Positions 21,466 to 31,420 of a stretch of DNA of 64,000 nucleotides are shown here, in pieces; the first letter of the stretch is position 1; the number at the start of each line of letters is the position of its first letter. Both the position numbers and the translations under genes were made by a program. The stretch lies in contig JAWLBL010000035.1 of the NCBI GenBank assembly GCA_041687695.1, forward strand, positions 1-64,000. The letters run 5' to 3'. The notes under the pieces are model-generated. The model saw only the letters and a list, made by a program, of their open reading frames with translations, was not told where the DNA came from and ran no database searches. This stretch comes from Myxococcota bacterium. Lineage in GTDB: Bacteria; Myxococcota_A; UBA9042; PHBI01; JAWLBL01.

Positions 21466-22896
21466 ATGGACGAGGCGGCGGGGAGCGGGACGCTGTACGA
21501 GGAGGTGGCGGGGCGCATCGAGCAGCTCATCGCGCAGGGGACGCTGCGGCCAGGCGAGCGGATCCCGTCGATCCGGCGGCTGCATCGGCAGTGGGGCGTC
21601 AGCGTGTCGACGGTGCTGGAGGCGTATCGGCGGCTGGAGGACCGCGGGTGGGTGGAGGCGCGGCCGCAGTCGGGGTACTACGTCAAGGCGCGGCCGGGGC
21701 CGAGGCTGCCCGAGCCGGGGGTGAGCGCGCCGCCGCGGGAGCCGTGCCGGGTCGACATGAGCACGCTGGGGCAGCGGCTGGTGTCGGTGGTCGGGGTGGC
21801 GGACTTCGTGAAGCTGTGCGCGGCCGTGCCGGACGCGAAGCTGCTGCCGACCAAGGCGCTGGGGCGCCTGACGGCCGAGGTGTCGCGTCGAGTGCGGGAC
21901 GCGCACGACTACGCGATGACGCCGGGGCGGTGCGAGCTGCGGCGGGCGTTGGCGGCGCGGATGGTGGACGCCGGGTGCACGCTGGGGGCGGACGAGCTCG
22001 TGGTGACGAGCGGCGCGCAGGAGGCGGTGTGGCTGGCGCTGGCGACGGTGACGCGGCCTGGGGACGCGGTGGCCGTGCCGGCGCCGACGTACTTCGGGAC
22101 GTTGGAGGCGCTGCAGGCGCAGGGGCTGAGGGCGCTGGAGATCCCGACCGACCCGCGCGAGGGGATGGACCTCGAGGCGCTCGAGCGGGTGATGGCGGCG
22201 GGCGCGGTGCGGGCGGTGGCGCTGGTGGCGAACTTCGGCAACCCGCTGGGCACGCTGATGAGCGACGCGCGCAAGGAGGCCCTGTGCGCGATGGCGGCGC
22301 GCTGGGACGTGGCGGTCGTCGAGGACGACATCTACGGGGAGCTGCCCTTCGAGGGCGGGCGCCCCAAGGCGCTCAAGGCCTTCGACGCCGAGGGGCGCGT
22401 CGTGTACTGCGCATCGGTGTCGAAGACGCTGTCACCCGGGTTACGCATCGGCTGGGCGGCGCCGGGGCGCTACCTGGAGCGGTTCACGCGGCTCAAGCGG
22501 GTGTCGAGCCTGGGCTCGCCGACCGTGCCGCAGCTGGTCGTGGCCGAGTACCTGGCGTCGGGGGCGTTCGACCGGCACCTGCGGCGGCTGCGGACGGTGT
22601 ACCGGGATCACGTGCAGCGGATGATCTGGGCGCTCGGGCAGCACATGCCGCCGGGCACGCGGGTGACGCGGCCGCAGGGCGGCCACGTGGTGTGGGTCGA
22701 GATGCCCGAGCGGGTCGACTCGGTGCGGCTGTTCGACGAGGCGTGGGCGGCCGGGGTCAGCATGGCGCCCGGGCCGATGTTCTCGGCGTCGGGGCGGTTC
22801 CAGCACTGCATGCGGCTGAACGCGGCTGCTTGGTCGCCGGCCGTCGAGGACGCCATCGCGCGGCTGGGCGGGCTGGTGGCGGCGCAGCTGCGCTGA
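21466..22896 (+). CDS. MocR/GntR-family PLP-dependent transcriptional regulator
   Basis: N-terminal wHTH (PSIRRL..VSVSTV..AY), TSGAQEA, NPLG, EDDIY, SVSKTLSPGLRIGW. Confidence 0.93.
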   Translation: MDEAAGSGTLYEEVAGRIEQLIAQGTLRPGERIPSIRRLHRQWGVSVSTVLEAYRRLEDRGWVEARPQSGYYVKARPGPRLPEPGVSAPPREPCRVDMSTLGQRLVSVVGVADFVKLCAAVPDAKLLPTKALGRLTAEVSRRVRDAHDYAMTPGRCELRRALAARMVDAGCTLGADELVVTSGAQEAVWLALATVTRPGDAVAVPAPTYFGTLEALQAQGLRALEIPTDPREGMDLEALERVMAAGAVRAVALVANFGNPLGTLMSDARKEALCAMAARWDVAVVEDDIYGELPFEGGRPKALKAFDAEGRVVYCASVSKTLSPGLRIGWAAPGRYLERFTRLKRVSSLGSPTVPQLVVAEYLASGAFDRHLRRLRTVYRDHVQRMIWALGQHMPPGTRVTRPQGGHVVWVEMPERVDSVRLFDEAWAAGVSMAPGPMFSASGRFQHCMRLNAAAWSPAVEDAIARLGGLVAAQLR

Positions 22897-22904
22897 GATC
22901 GTTC

Positions 22905-22935
22905 GTCAGACGAGGGGCGGCCCCTCGACCCTGAC
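22905..22935 (+). terminator. GC-rich hairpin after mocR
   Basis: GTCAG..CGAGGGG-CGG-CCCCTCG..CTGAC; no U-tract. Confidence 0.35.
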
Positions 22936-23012
22936 ACGGATGCCGCACCCGAAAGGCTGGCGCGGCCCGACGCTGGACCGAGCGGCGCGCGACACCGGGC
23001 CCCTGCCCGCGC

Positions 23013-23028
23013 TGGCACGCCGCGTGCT
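23013..23028 (+). promoter_or_regulatory. sigma54 -24/-12 promoter motif
   Basis: TGGCAC-GCCGC-GTGCT, exact GG-N10-GC, about 65 nt before the ATG at 23094. Confidence 0.65.
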
Positions 23029-23093
23029 AAGGTCATCGGGCGTGGGCCGGCGCCGTGGGAGGCGCCGCCGCGCCACCGCCCTCGGGAGGACCG

Positions 23094-24101
23094 ATGAACC
23101 GCCTGTGGAAGCTGCTCGCCCTCGCCGTGGTGACCTGCACGGCCCTGGCCGCCGCGCCTGCCGCGCACGCCGCCGAGGTCTGGGTCGTGCACCGACTGGG
23201 AACGCAAGGCGTCGACGAGGCGACGGCCGCCACCTTCCGGGATCTGCTCATCGCCGAGCTGGGCGAGCGGGTGGCCGCCACCTTCGCGCAGGCCGACGCC
23301 GTGTGCGACGGCTCGGAGTGCGCGCGCGTCACGGCCGAGCAGCTGGGCGCGGACGTGGCGGTCTTCGGCACCGTGTCCGCCCTGGGCCGAAAGATCCTGG
23401 TCAACCTGTACGTCGTCGACGCTCACGACGGGTCGACCCTGTCGCGACACAAGATGGACGTGGACCGGGTCGAGGATCTGGACACCGTCGCGCTGCGCGT
23501 GGCCAAGGCCATCGCCGGCGGCCGGCACGTCTCCGAGACCGCCGAGCTGGGCGCCATCACCCATCGCGAGGTGCAGCCGGATCTGCGCCGCGAGGGCGCG
23601 CGCGGGCTGGGCCTGTACCTGGGCGGGGTCGTGCCGGTGTCCGAGGCCTTCCAGGGCGGCGGACCCGGCGTGCTCATCGACGGCAGCTACTGGTTCGAGA
23701 CGACCGACTTCGCCATCGAGCCGCGCATCGGCCTGCGCTTCAACACCAACGGGCTCGACGACGCCTCCGACTGGATCGAGATCCCGGTCGACGTCGGGGT
23801 CTACTACATCCTGGGGCGTGGCGACCTCGCGCCCTTCTTCGGGGGCGGCGCCGGGCTGCGCTTCGCCTGGGCGGACGAGTCGCGCACGCTCACCCAGGGC
23901 GACGTCATCAAGACCACCCACACGGCCGAGATCGAAGACGGCGGCGTCGGGTTCGGCGTCTTCGGCCGCGCTGGCCTGATGCTGCTGCGCACCTACGCGA
24001 TGCGTATGTCCATCAGCGTCGAGTACAACGCGATCCTCCGTGACTTCCTGGATCGCGGCGTGCCCCAGCAGCTCAACTTCGCCCTCGGCGTCTACTTCTG
24101 A
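23094..24101 (+). CDS. Outer-membrane protein: N-terminal CsgG/TolB-N-like domain plus beta-barrel
   Basis: Signal peptide, C-x4-C..LGADVAVFGTVS domain, alternating beta strands, C-terminal LGVYF. Confidence 0.72.
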   Translation: MNRLWKLLALAVVTCTALAAAPAAHAAEVWVVHRLGTQGVDEATAATFRDLLIAELGERVAATFAQADAVCDGSECARVTAEQLGADVAVFGTVSALGRKILVNLYVVDAHDGSTLSRHKMDVDRVEDLDTVALRVAKAIAGGRHVSETAELGAITHREVQPDLRREGARGLGLYLGGVVPVSEAFQGGGPGVLIDGSYWFETTDFAIEPRIGLRFNTNGLDDASDWIEIPVDVGVYYILGRGDLAPFFGGGAGLRFAWADESRTLTQGDVIKTTHTAEIEDGGVGFGVFGRAGLMLLRTYAMRMSISVEYNAILRDFLDRGVPQQLNFALGVYF

Positions 24102-24121
24102 TCGCGCCCCGGAGGACCGCC

Positions 24122-24604
24122 GTGACGATCTCGACCCGACTCGCCGCCCTGCTGGTCGCGCTGGGCGCTCCCCTGCCGGCCTGCGACCTCGACTCCGACT
24201 GGCCCTTCGACCGCGCGTGCGCCGCTTCGGTCGTGCCCATGTCGCTGCAGGGTGCCTGGACCGTTCACGGCGACGGCAAACGCACCTCGTGCGACGACGC
24301 CACGCTGAACGCCTCGGAGCTAGCCCTGACGGTCGGCCCCCTCGACATCGTCCAGTCGGGCTCGACCCTGACGCTCGCCGAGCCCCTGTCCCTGCCGCCC
24401 GGCGTGTCGTTCACCTTCGACGGCGCGCGCGTCGACGGCTCGTGCGTCACCTTCACGACGACGGAGACGTCGGCCCACGGGGACGTGGTGCGCGTGACAT
24501 TCGACGGGACGCGCGACGGCAGCCGCCTGAGCGGCACGTTCACCGGGTTCGGCCCGGGCACGTGCCGGCTCGAGGGCGACTTCAGCGTCGACGTCCGGCG
24601 CTGA
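24122..24604 (+). CDS. Lipoprotein, beta-rich, unknown function
   Basis: GGAGG RBS, LPAC lipobox, GAW motif, further Cys residues. Confidence 0.7.
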   Translation: MTISTRLAALLVALGAPLPACDLDSDWPFDRACAASVVPMSLQGAWTVHGDGKRTSCDDATLNASELALTVGPLDIVQSGSTLTLAEPLSLPPGVSFTFDGARVDGSCVTFTTTETSAHGDVVRVTFDGTRDGSRLSGTFTGFGPGTCRLEGDFSVDVRR

Positions 24605-24607
24605 GTC

Positions 24608-24647
24608 TCCGGACGCGGGCGCGCTCGCGACGAGGCGCCCGCCCGGA
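24608..24647. terminator. Hairpin between convergent genes
   Basis: TCCGG/CCGGA, GCGGGCGC/GCGCCCGC and CTCG/CGAG pairings. Confidence 0.45.
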
Positions 24648-24652
24648 TCGGA

Positions 24653-25069
24653 CTACTGCTGCGGGTTGAAGCCGCGGATCTTTTCGACCAGCGCCTGGAC
24701 GACCGCGGGCTTGTCCTTCAGATCCGGGTTGCCCGGCATCAGCGGCGACAGGCCGACCGCCGCGCCGCCCTCGACGATGACCTTGCGCAGGTGATCGTCG
24801 GTCACGCTCTTCTGCCACTCGGCGTCCGCGTACGAGCGCGGCTTCGGGTCGAGGCTGGCCGCGGCCGGGCCGTCGCCCTTGCCCGACTCGCCGTGGCAGC
24901 TGACGCACAGCGTGGTCCACTTCTGGTCGGCCTCGGCCTTGGCCTTGGCGTCGACCTGAACGGCCGCCTGCTGCCCACCGGCGGCCCCGCCGCCGTCGTC
25001 CTTCTTGCACGCGCCCAGCCCGAAGGTCAGCGCCAGCCCCAGCCCGAGCGTCATCATCGCCTTGCGCAT
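24653..25069 (-). CDS. Monoheme class I cytochrome c lipoprotein
   Basis: AGGAGG RBS, LGAC lipobox, CVSCH heme motif, GDGP, distal MP. Confidence 0.9.
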   Translation of the reverse strand: MRKAMMTLGLGLALTFGLGACKKDDGGGAAGGQQAAVQVDAKAKAEADQKWTTLCVSCHGESGKGDGPAAASLDPKPRSYADAEWQKSVTDDHLRKVIVEGGAAVGLSPLMPGNPDLKDKPAVVQALVEKIRGFNPQQ

Positions 25070-25348
25070 CGCGTCCTCCTGAGTCCAAACCGTCGCGATC
25101 GAGTGGCGCCAGTTTCACCATGCGCCGCCACATCGCAAGCTCTTGGACGCAGCGCAGGGCATTTTGACGCGCCTGGCGTCATGCCCGCCGCGGCGGCTCC
25201 GCGTACGCAGTGTCGAAAGGCACCGGACCTCGCCATCATGGCCCCGGCTCGCCAGGTCACCTGTCGCGGAGTGGTGTCGGGGAGTCACCCTCCTGCGTGG
25301 GCCCTACCGGGATGTGGGTCGGAGCGCGATGCCTCTCGCGGGAACGAC

Positions 25349-25383
25349 CGCCGCGCGGCGAAAAAGGGGGGCGCCGCGCGGCG
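25349..25383. repeat. Two copies of the 12-bp self-palindrome CGCCGCGCGGCG around AAAAAGGGGGG
   Basis: Copies at 25349-25360 and 25372-25383, read directly. Confidence 0.7.
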
Positions 25384-25474
25384 TGCAGACGGCTCGGGGG
25401 AGAGGCCGCCTGCGCTCGGAACATGTTGTCAGGCGGCCGGGAGGCGCCGCCGTCCAGGGAGTGGTCCCAGGTTT

Positions 25475-25490
25475 AGCACGGGCCGTGCCA
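25475..25490 (-). promoter_or_regulatory. sigma54 -24/-12 promoter motif
   Basis: Minus strand TGGCAC-GGCCC-GTGCT, GG-N10-GC. Confidence 0.6.
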
Positions 25491-25819
25491 AACGGCTCGA
25501 GGCCGGCGATGACCCGCACGGCAGGCCGCTCTCGTCGGATCGGGACGCCTCCCCGGCCGCCGCTCCCTCACCTCCACGCCTCGACTGACCGGGAAAGTTT
25601 TCACCACCGCCTGCCGCGCCCAGTGACGCGACCGTCACGCCAGCGTCGCGCCCGCCCGCACGGCCGCTCGCGCCACGACACGCTGCGTCATCTTCCCCAC
25701 CCTGCTGGGGACGCCGTCCATGGCGCCCACAACCTCCCGGCCCCGCCCTCGCTGTGGTGTGATCGTTCCGCGCGCCCGCGCAAGCCCCCTCCCCTCCCTC
25801 CCCCTGCCAGGATCACGCC

Positions 25820-26149
25820 ATGTCCCTCTCCCACGCCCGGCGCTCGCTCGTCTCCCTCGCCGCCGTCCTCGCCCTGTTCGCCTGCGGCGGCAACGCCTCC
25901 GTCCCGCCCGAGGGCGCCCCGCCCCCTCCCGAGTCCACCGTCGTCGTCGGCGACGACCCCTGCCAGACCGACGCCGACTGCTTCCCCGCCGAGTGCTGCC
26001 ACGCCTCGATGTGCGTGTCGGGCGACAACACCCCCATGTGCGAGAACATCGCCTGCACGATGGAGTGCCGCCCGGGCACCATCGACTGCGGTGGCGGCTG
26101 CCTCTGCGTCGAAGGGCGCTGCGCCGCGCGCCTGATGCATCGCTTCTGA
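25820..26149 (+). CDS. Small Cys-rich lipoprotein
   Basis: LFAC lipobox, Pro linker, CQTDADC..ECCH..C..C..ACTMEC..C..CLC..C. Confidence 0.75.
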   Translation: MSLSHARRSLVSLAAVLALFACGGNASVPPEGAPPPPESTVVVGDDPCQTDADCFPAECCHASMCVSGDNTPMCENIACTMECRPGTIDCGGGCLCVEGRCAARLMHRF

Positions 26150-26268
26150 CGCGGGCGCCGCCCGCCCTTGTGTCTTCTCGCACGCCCCGCCGCGGCCGGG
26201 TCGCGCCATCTCGCACACGGCGTCGCCCACCAACTCCGCAAACCCGCGTCGCCTCTAGGCTTTCACCT

Positions 26269-26284
26269 TGGCACGCGGGTTGCT
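26269..26284 (+). promoter_or_regulatory. sigma54 -24/-12 promoter, consensus match
   Basis: TGGCAC-GCGGG-TTGCT; predicted +1 near 26295; GGAG RBS and ATG at 26320. Confidence 0.8.
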
Positions 26285-26319
26285 CAAACCCTGCCGCGGA
26301 CACGTGCTGGAGACCACAC

Positions 26320-27273
26320 ATGGGCGACGACGGGATCTGGGTCATCATCCTCGCGGGCGGCGAAGGCCGCCGGGTGCAGGCGGTCACGCGTCGGCCCGAC
26401 GGCGCCTCGGTCCCCAAGCAGTTCTGGCGCCTGCCCGAGGGCCCCACCCCCCTCGAGCTCGCGCTCGATCGCGCCTCGGATCTGGCCTCGCCCGAGCGCA
26501 CCATGGTCGTGGTCTCGGCCGACCACGAGCCGCTGTGGGCCCCGGCGCTCGACAGCCACCCCCGCGACAACGTCGTCGTCCAGCCAGCGCGTCGCGGCAC
26601 CGCCCCGGCCCTCCTGCTGGCCCTCGTGCGCGTCCTCGAGCGCGATCCCGGCGCCACCGTCGTCGTCATGCCCAGCGACCACTTCGTCGAAGACGAGGGC
26701 GCCCTGCACTGGGCCATGCTCAACGCCGTCGGCTCGGCGCGCCACCGCTCGGGCCCCATCGTGCTGCTCGGCATGACCCCGACCCACGCCGACACCAGCT
26801 ACGGCTGGGTGGTCCCCGAGCGCGGCGGCGACGGCCTCGCCCACGGCGTCGCCCGCTTCGTCGAAAAGCCCGCCCCCGCGCAGGCCGCCGCCCTCCACGC
26901 CGAGGGCGCCCTGTGGAGCAGCTTCATCCTGGCGGGCGCCGCCACGGCCCTGCTGCGTCTGCTCTCCGACACGCTGCCCGAGCTGGTCGCGGCCCTCTGG
27001 CACTGCGACGGACGCCGCCGCTCCCGCGATCTCGAGAGCCTCGAGGTCATCTACGAGCGCCTCCCCGCTCACGACCTGTCGGCCGACGTCCTGCAGACCG
27101 TCCCCGAGCGCCTCCGCGTCTTGCCCGTCCCGCCCTGCGGCTGGACCGACCTCGGCACTCCCGACGGCCTCACCGGCCGCCGCCCCGTCGCCGTCATCGC
27201 CCCGCGCCCCCCCGCGCGCCCCAGCACCTCCCTCCTGTCCACCCTCCTCGCGGCCGTGGGGCTCACCCGATGA
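26320..27273 (+). CDS. Mannose-1-phosphate guanylyltransferase-like nucleotidyltransferase, no isomerase domain
   Basis: ILAGGEGRR, PKQF, RGTAPA, PSDH, FVEKP, WTDLG. Confidence 0.85.
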   Translation: MGDDGIWVIILAGGEGRRVQAVTRRPDGASVPKQFWRLPEGPTPLELALDRASDLASPERTMVVVSADHEPLWAPALDSHPRDNVVVQPARRGTAPALLLALVRVLERDPGATVVVMPSDHFVEDEGALHWAMLNAVGSARHRSGPIVLLGMTPTHADTSYGWVVPERGGDGLAHGVARFVEKPAPAQAAALHAEGALWSSFILAGAATALLRLLSDTLPELVAALWHCDGRRRSRDLESLEVIYERLPAHDLSADVLQTVPERLRVLPVPPCGWTDLGTPDGLTGRRPVAVIAPRPPARPSTSLLSTLLAAVGLTR

Positions 27274-28676
27274 CGATGCAGCTCACCTTCCTCGGCGCCG
27301 TCGGCACCGTCACCGGGTCCAAGACCCTCGTCTCCGCCGGGCGCGCCCAGGTCCTGGTCGACTGCGGCCTGTTCCAGGGCTACAAGCGGCTCCGCCTCCG
27401 CAACTGGCGCCGGCCCGACTTCGAGCCCAGCCGCCTCGACGCCGTCGTCCTCACCCACGCCCACCTCGACCACTCCGGCTGGTTGCCGGTCCTGGTCCGC
27501 GCCGGCTTCCGCGGCCCCGTCTACTGCACCCCCGGCACGGCCGATCTCTGCGGCCTCCTCCTGCCCGACGCCGCGCGCCTGCAGGAAGAGGACGCGTCCT
27601 TCGCCAACCGCCACGGCACCTCGCGGCACCGCCCGGCCCTGCCCCTGTTCGACGAGAACGACGCGCGCCGCGCCTTGCGCCTGCTGAAGCCGGTGCCCTT
27701 CGACGCGCCGTTCGAGGCCGCCCCCGGCGTCGAGGTCTCCTTCGCGCCGGCCGGCCACATCCTGGGCGCGGCCCTCACCCAGCTCACCCACCGGGGCGCG
27801 ACGGCGCTCTTCACCGGCGACCTCGGGCGCCCCGACGATCTCATCATGCGCCCGCCGCGCCGTGGCCTCGAGACCGATCACCTGGTCCTCGAGAGCACCT
27901 ACGGCGGCCGCCAGCACCCCGAGGGCGACCCGCTCGAGGCCATCGCCCAGGTCATCACGCGCACCGTCGAGCGCGGCGGCTCGGTCCTGATCCCCGCCTT
28001 CGCCGTCGGGCGCGCCCAGGAGCTGACCCTGGCCCTGGACCGCCTGCGCCGCGCCGGCCGCATCCCGGAGGTCCCGGTCTTCCTGGACAGCCCCATGGCC
28101 GTCAAGGCGACCCACATCTACGCGCGCCATTACGCCGAGCACCGCCTGTCCGCCGACGAGGTCGAGCACATGGCCGAGTCGGCCCGGCTCGTCACCCAGG
28201 TCGAGGAGTCCAAGGCGCTCACGCGCATGCGCCACTCGCGCGTCATCGTCAGCGCGAGCGGCATGCTCACCGGCGGCCGCTCCCTCCACCACCTGGTCGC
28301 GCTGGCGCCCAACCCGGCCAACACCATCGCCTTCGCCGGGTTCCAGGCGCCCGCCACCCGCGGCGGCGATCTCGTGGCCGGCTCCCGGTCGGTCAAGGTC
28401 CATGGCCAGTGGATCCAGATCCGCGCCGAGGTCGTCTCGCTCGACGGCTTCAGCGCGCACGCCGACCAGCCCGAGACCCTCGACTGGCTCCGCACGCTGG
28501 CGCGCCCGCCACGCACGGTCTTCCTCAACCACGGCGAGCCCGCCGCGACCGAGGCCCTGCGCATCGCCATCCGCGAGGCCCTCGGCTGGGACGTCGTCGT
28601 CCCCGAGGAGGGGCAGCCCTACCGCTTGGACCCGGGCGTCCCCGCGCGCCTCGTCGAGCCGGGAGGGGCCACATGA
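27270..28676 (+). CDS. MBL-fold beta-CASP nuclease (YSH1/TTHA0252-like)
   Basis: VTGS, DCGLFQG, THAHLDH, GHILG, ESTYG, FAVGRAQE, SAHAD, HGE. ATGA overlap. Confidence 0.92.
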   Translation: MTMQLTFLGAVGTVTGSKTLVSAGRAQVLVDCGLFQGYKRLRLRNWRRPDFEPSRLDAVVLTHAHLDHSGWLPVLVRAGFRGPVYCTPGTADLCGLLLPDAARLQEEDASFANRHGTSRHRPALPLFDENDARRALRLLKPVPFDAPFEAAPGVEVSFAPAGHILGAALTQLTHRGATALFTGDLGRPDDLIMRPPRRGLETDHLVLESTYGGRQHPEGDPLEAIAQVITRTVERGGSVLIPAFAVGRAQELTLALDRLRRAGRIPEVPVFLDSPMAVKATHIYARHYAEHRLSADEVEHMAESARLVTQVEESKALTRMRHSRVIVSASGMLTGGRSLHHLVALAPNPANTIAFAGFQAPATRGGDLVAGSRSVKVHGQWIQIRAEVVSLDGFSAHADQPETLDWLRTLARPPRTVFLNHGEPAATEALRIAIREALGWDVVVPEEGQPYRLDPGVPARLVEPGGAT

Positions 28677-31420
28677 AGTCGGCCCCCGCCCCGCACGCCG
28701 TCCCTGCGAGCGAGGTCCTGGCCGGCCTCGACACCGGCCCGTCCGGCCTGTCCCCTGCCGAGGCCGCCGCCCGCCTCGCCCGCCTCGGGCCGAACACGCT
28801 GCCGTCCGAGCCTCCGGTCGGCCTGCTCGTGCTCTTCATCCGTCAGTTCAAGAGCCCGCTCATCTACGTGCTGCTGCTGGCGGCCATCGTGTCCCTGGCC
28901 CTGGGCGAGCTCGCCGACGGCCTGTTCGTCTTCTTCGCCCTCCTCCTCAACGCCATCATCGGCTTCATCCAGGAGCGCAGCGCCCAGCGCTCGGCCGAGG
29001 CGCTCAAGAGCCTGGTCGTCGCCCACGCGACCGTCCGCCGCGCCGGCGAGGACGCCGAGATCGCCGCCCAGGATCTGGTCCTGGGCGACCTGGTCCTGCT
29101 CGAGTCCGGCGCCAAGGTGCCGGCGGACCTGCGCCTCGTGCGCGCGAGCGGCCTCGAGGTCGACGAGTCCCTGCTGACCGGCGAGTCCCTGACGGTCGAC
29201 AAGCGCCCGGACGTCGTCCTCACCGAGGACGCGCCGCTGGGTGACCGCCGGAACATGGTCTTCGCCGGCACCCTGGTCACCCGCGGACGCGCCGAGGGGG
29301 TCGTGGTCGCGACGGCGTTCGACACCCAGCTGGGCCGCATCGCCGCCGACGTCCTGGGCGCCGAGTCGGGCGAGCCCCCGCTCCTGCAGCGCATGGCGCG
29401 CTTCACCTCGCGCGTCGCCATCGCCGTCGCCGTCATGGTCTCGCTGCTCGGCACCTTGTCGCTCCTGCAGGGCGCCACGCTGCACGAGGTCTTCATCCTG
29501 GGCGTGGCCCTGGCCGTCTGCGCGGTCCCCGAGGGGCTGCCCGTGTCCATCACGGTGGCCCTCGCCCTGGGCATGTCACGCATGAGCCGCCGCAACGTCG
29601 TCGTGCGCCGCCTGGTCGCGGTCGAGTCGCTGGGCTCCTGCACCTTCATCGCCACCGACAAGACGGGCACGCTGACCCTCAACGCGCTCACGGTGCAGCG
29701 CGTCGTCGCCCCCGGCGAGCGCCCCTGGGAGGTCACCGGCGGTGGCCAGGTCCCCGAGGGCGGCGTGCAGTGGCCCGACGATCTGGACCCGGCGGCCGCC
29801 GCCTCGCTGGCCGGCCGCATCGCCGAGGCCGGCGCCCTGTGCAACGAGGCCACCCTCGCCCGCAAGGACGGCGCCTGGACCCAGCACGGCGACGCCGTCG
29901 ACGTGGCCCTGCTGGTCTACGCGCACAAGCTGGGCCTGACCCGCGGCGCCCTCGAGGCCGCCCACCCGCCGCTCGCGGCCCTGCCCTTCGAGTCCGAGCG
30001 CCTCTTCGCCGCCTCGGTCCACCGCGTCGCCGGCCAGCCGGTCGCCTTCGTCAAGGGCGCCCTCGAGCGCGTCCTGCCGATGTGCACCACCATGGCCACG
30101 CGCCACGGTGACGCCCCCCTCGACGCCGCCACGCTCGAGGCCCAGGCCCGCGCCCTGGCCGCCGACGGCTACCGCGTCCTCGCCCTCGCCAGCGGCCCGG
30201 TCCCGGCGCTCGCGGGCGAGGCCCCGCCCCACCTCGTCGCCGATCACTTGAACGATCTCACGCTGGTCGGCCTCGTCGGCATGATCGACCCGCTGCGCCC
30301 CGAGGCCCCCGCCGCCATCGAGGCCTGCCGCCGCGCCGGCATCGAGGTCGCCATGGTCACGGGCGACCACCCGCTGACCGCCCTCGCCATCGCCCGCTCG
30401 CTCGGCCTCGCCGACACCGCCGAGCAGGTCGTCACGGGCCCCCAGCTCGCCGAGGCCGCCGCCCGCTCCGACGCCGAACGCGACGCCCTCGTCCGCCGCG
30501 CCCGCGTCTTCGCTCGGGTCAGCCCGCGCGACAAGCTCGAGATCGTCCAGGCCCTGACCCGCCTCGGCCACTTCGTCGCCGTCACCGGCGACGGCGCCAA
30601 CGACGCCCCCGCCCTGCGCGCCGCCCACGTCGGCGTCGCCATGGGCCTGCGCGGCACCGACGTCGCCCGCGAGACCGCCGACCTCATCATCAGCGACGAC
30701 GACTTCTCCTCCATCGTCAGCGGCATCGAAGAGGGGCGCGTCTCCTACGCCAACGTCCGCAAGGTCATCTTCCTGCTCATCTCGTGCGGCGCGGCCGAGC
30801 TCATCCTGTTCACGCTGGCCATGGCCTTCGGCCAGCCCCTGCCGTTCACGGCCGTGCAGCTCCTGTGGCTGAACCTGGTCACCAACGGCATCCAGGACGT
30901 GGCCCTGGCCTACGAGCCGGCCGAGGGCGACGAGCTGCGCCGCCGGCCGCGCTCGCCCGGCGAGGCCATCTTCGACCGCTCGATGATCGAGCGCGTGCTC
31001 CTGAGCGCCCTGGTCATGGGCGCGGTCACCTTCGCCGTGTTCGTCACCCTGCTCGACGCCGGCTGGGGCCTCGAGTCCGCGCGCAACAGCGCCCTGCTCA
31101 CCCTGGTGCTCTTCCAGAACGTCCTGGTGGGCAGCGCCCGCTCCGAGACCCGCTCGGCCTTCGCCCTGTCGCCGCTGCGCAACCGCGTGCTGCTCATCGG
31201 CACGGCGACCGCGCAGCTCATCCACCTGGGCGCCATGGTCACCCCCGGCGTGCGCGACGTGCTCGGCCTGCAGCCGGTCTCGCTCACCCACTGGCTCACC
31301 CTCTTCGGCCTCTCCCTGACCGTCCTCGCCGCGATGGAGCTGTACAAGTTCGTCCGGCGGCCCGCGCCGCGGCCGGTCGGCGGCGAGCGGCTGGCCACCG
31401 AGGCTGGAGCCCGGTCATGA
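28673..31420 (+). CDS. P2A-type cation-transporting P-type ATPase
   Basis: [40 protein letters not shown] overlap. Confidence 0.95.
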   Translation: MKSAPAPHAVPASEVLAGLDTGPSGLSPAEAAARLARLGPNTLPSEPPVGLLVLFIRQFKSPLIYVLLLAAIVSLALGELADGLFVFFALLLNAIIGFIQERSAQRSAEALKSLVVAHATVRRAGEDAEIAAQDLVLGDLVLLESGAKVPADLRLVRASGLEVDESLLTGESLTVDKRPDVVLTEDAPLGDRRNMVFAGTLVTRGRAEGVVVATAFDTQLGRIAADVLGAESGEPPLLQRMARFTSRVAIAVAVMVSLLGTLSLLQGATLHEVFILGVALAVCAVPEGLPVSITVALALGMSRMSRRNVVVRRLVAVESLGSCTFIATDKTGTLTLNALTVQRVVAPGERPWEVTGGGQVPEGGVQWPDDLDPAAAASLAGRIAEAGALCNEATLARKDGAWTQHGDAVDVALLVYAHKLGLTRGALEAAHPPLAALPFESERLFAASVHRVAGQPVAFVKGALERVLPMCTTMATRHGDAPLDAATLEAQARALAADGYRVLALASGPVPALAGEAPPHLVADHLNDLTLVGLVGMIDPLRPEAPAAIEACRRAGIEVAMVTGDHPLTALAIARSLGLADTAEQVVTGPQLAEAAARSDAERDALVRRARVFARVSPRDKLEIVQALTRLGHFVAVTGDGANDAPALRAAHVGVAMGLRGTDVARETADLIISDDDFSSIVSGIEEGRVSYANVRKVIFLLISCGAAELILFTLAMAFGQPLPFTAVQLLWLNLVTNGIQDVALAYEPAEGDELRRRPRSPGEAIFDRSMIERVLLSALVMGAVTFAVFVTLLDAGWGLESARNSALLTLVLFQNVLVGSARSETRSAFALSPLRNRVLLIGTATAQLIHLGAMVTPGVRDVLGLQPVSLTHWLTLFGLSLTVLAAMELYKFVRRPAPRPVGGERLATEAGARS

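Noticed and set aside
22900..25800. dif site or oriC at the skew switch
   Set aside because: No AT-rich 28-bp XerCD-like site or DnaA-box cluster was visible.
25720..26319. Long N-terminal extensions in the ORF track (manC-like, MBL, ATPase, ftsH, NTases, macrodomain and others)
   Set aside because: Arg/Pro-rich read-through of neighbouring genes; RBS and ATGA overlaps support later starts.
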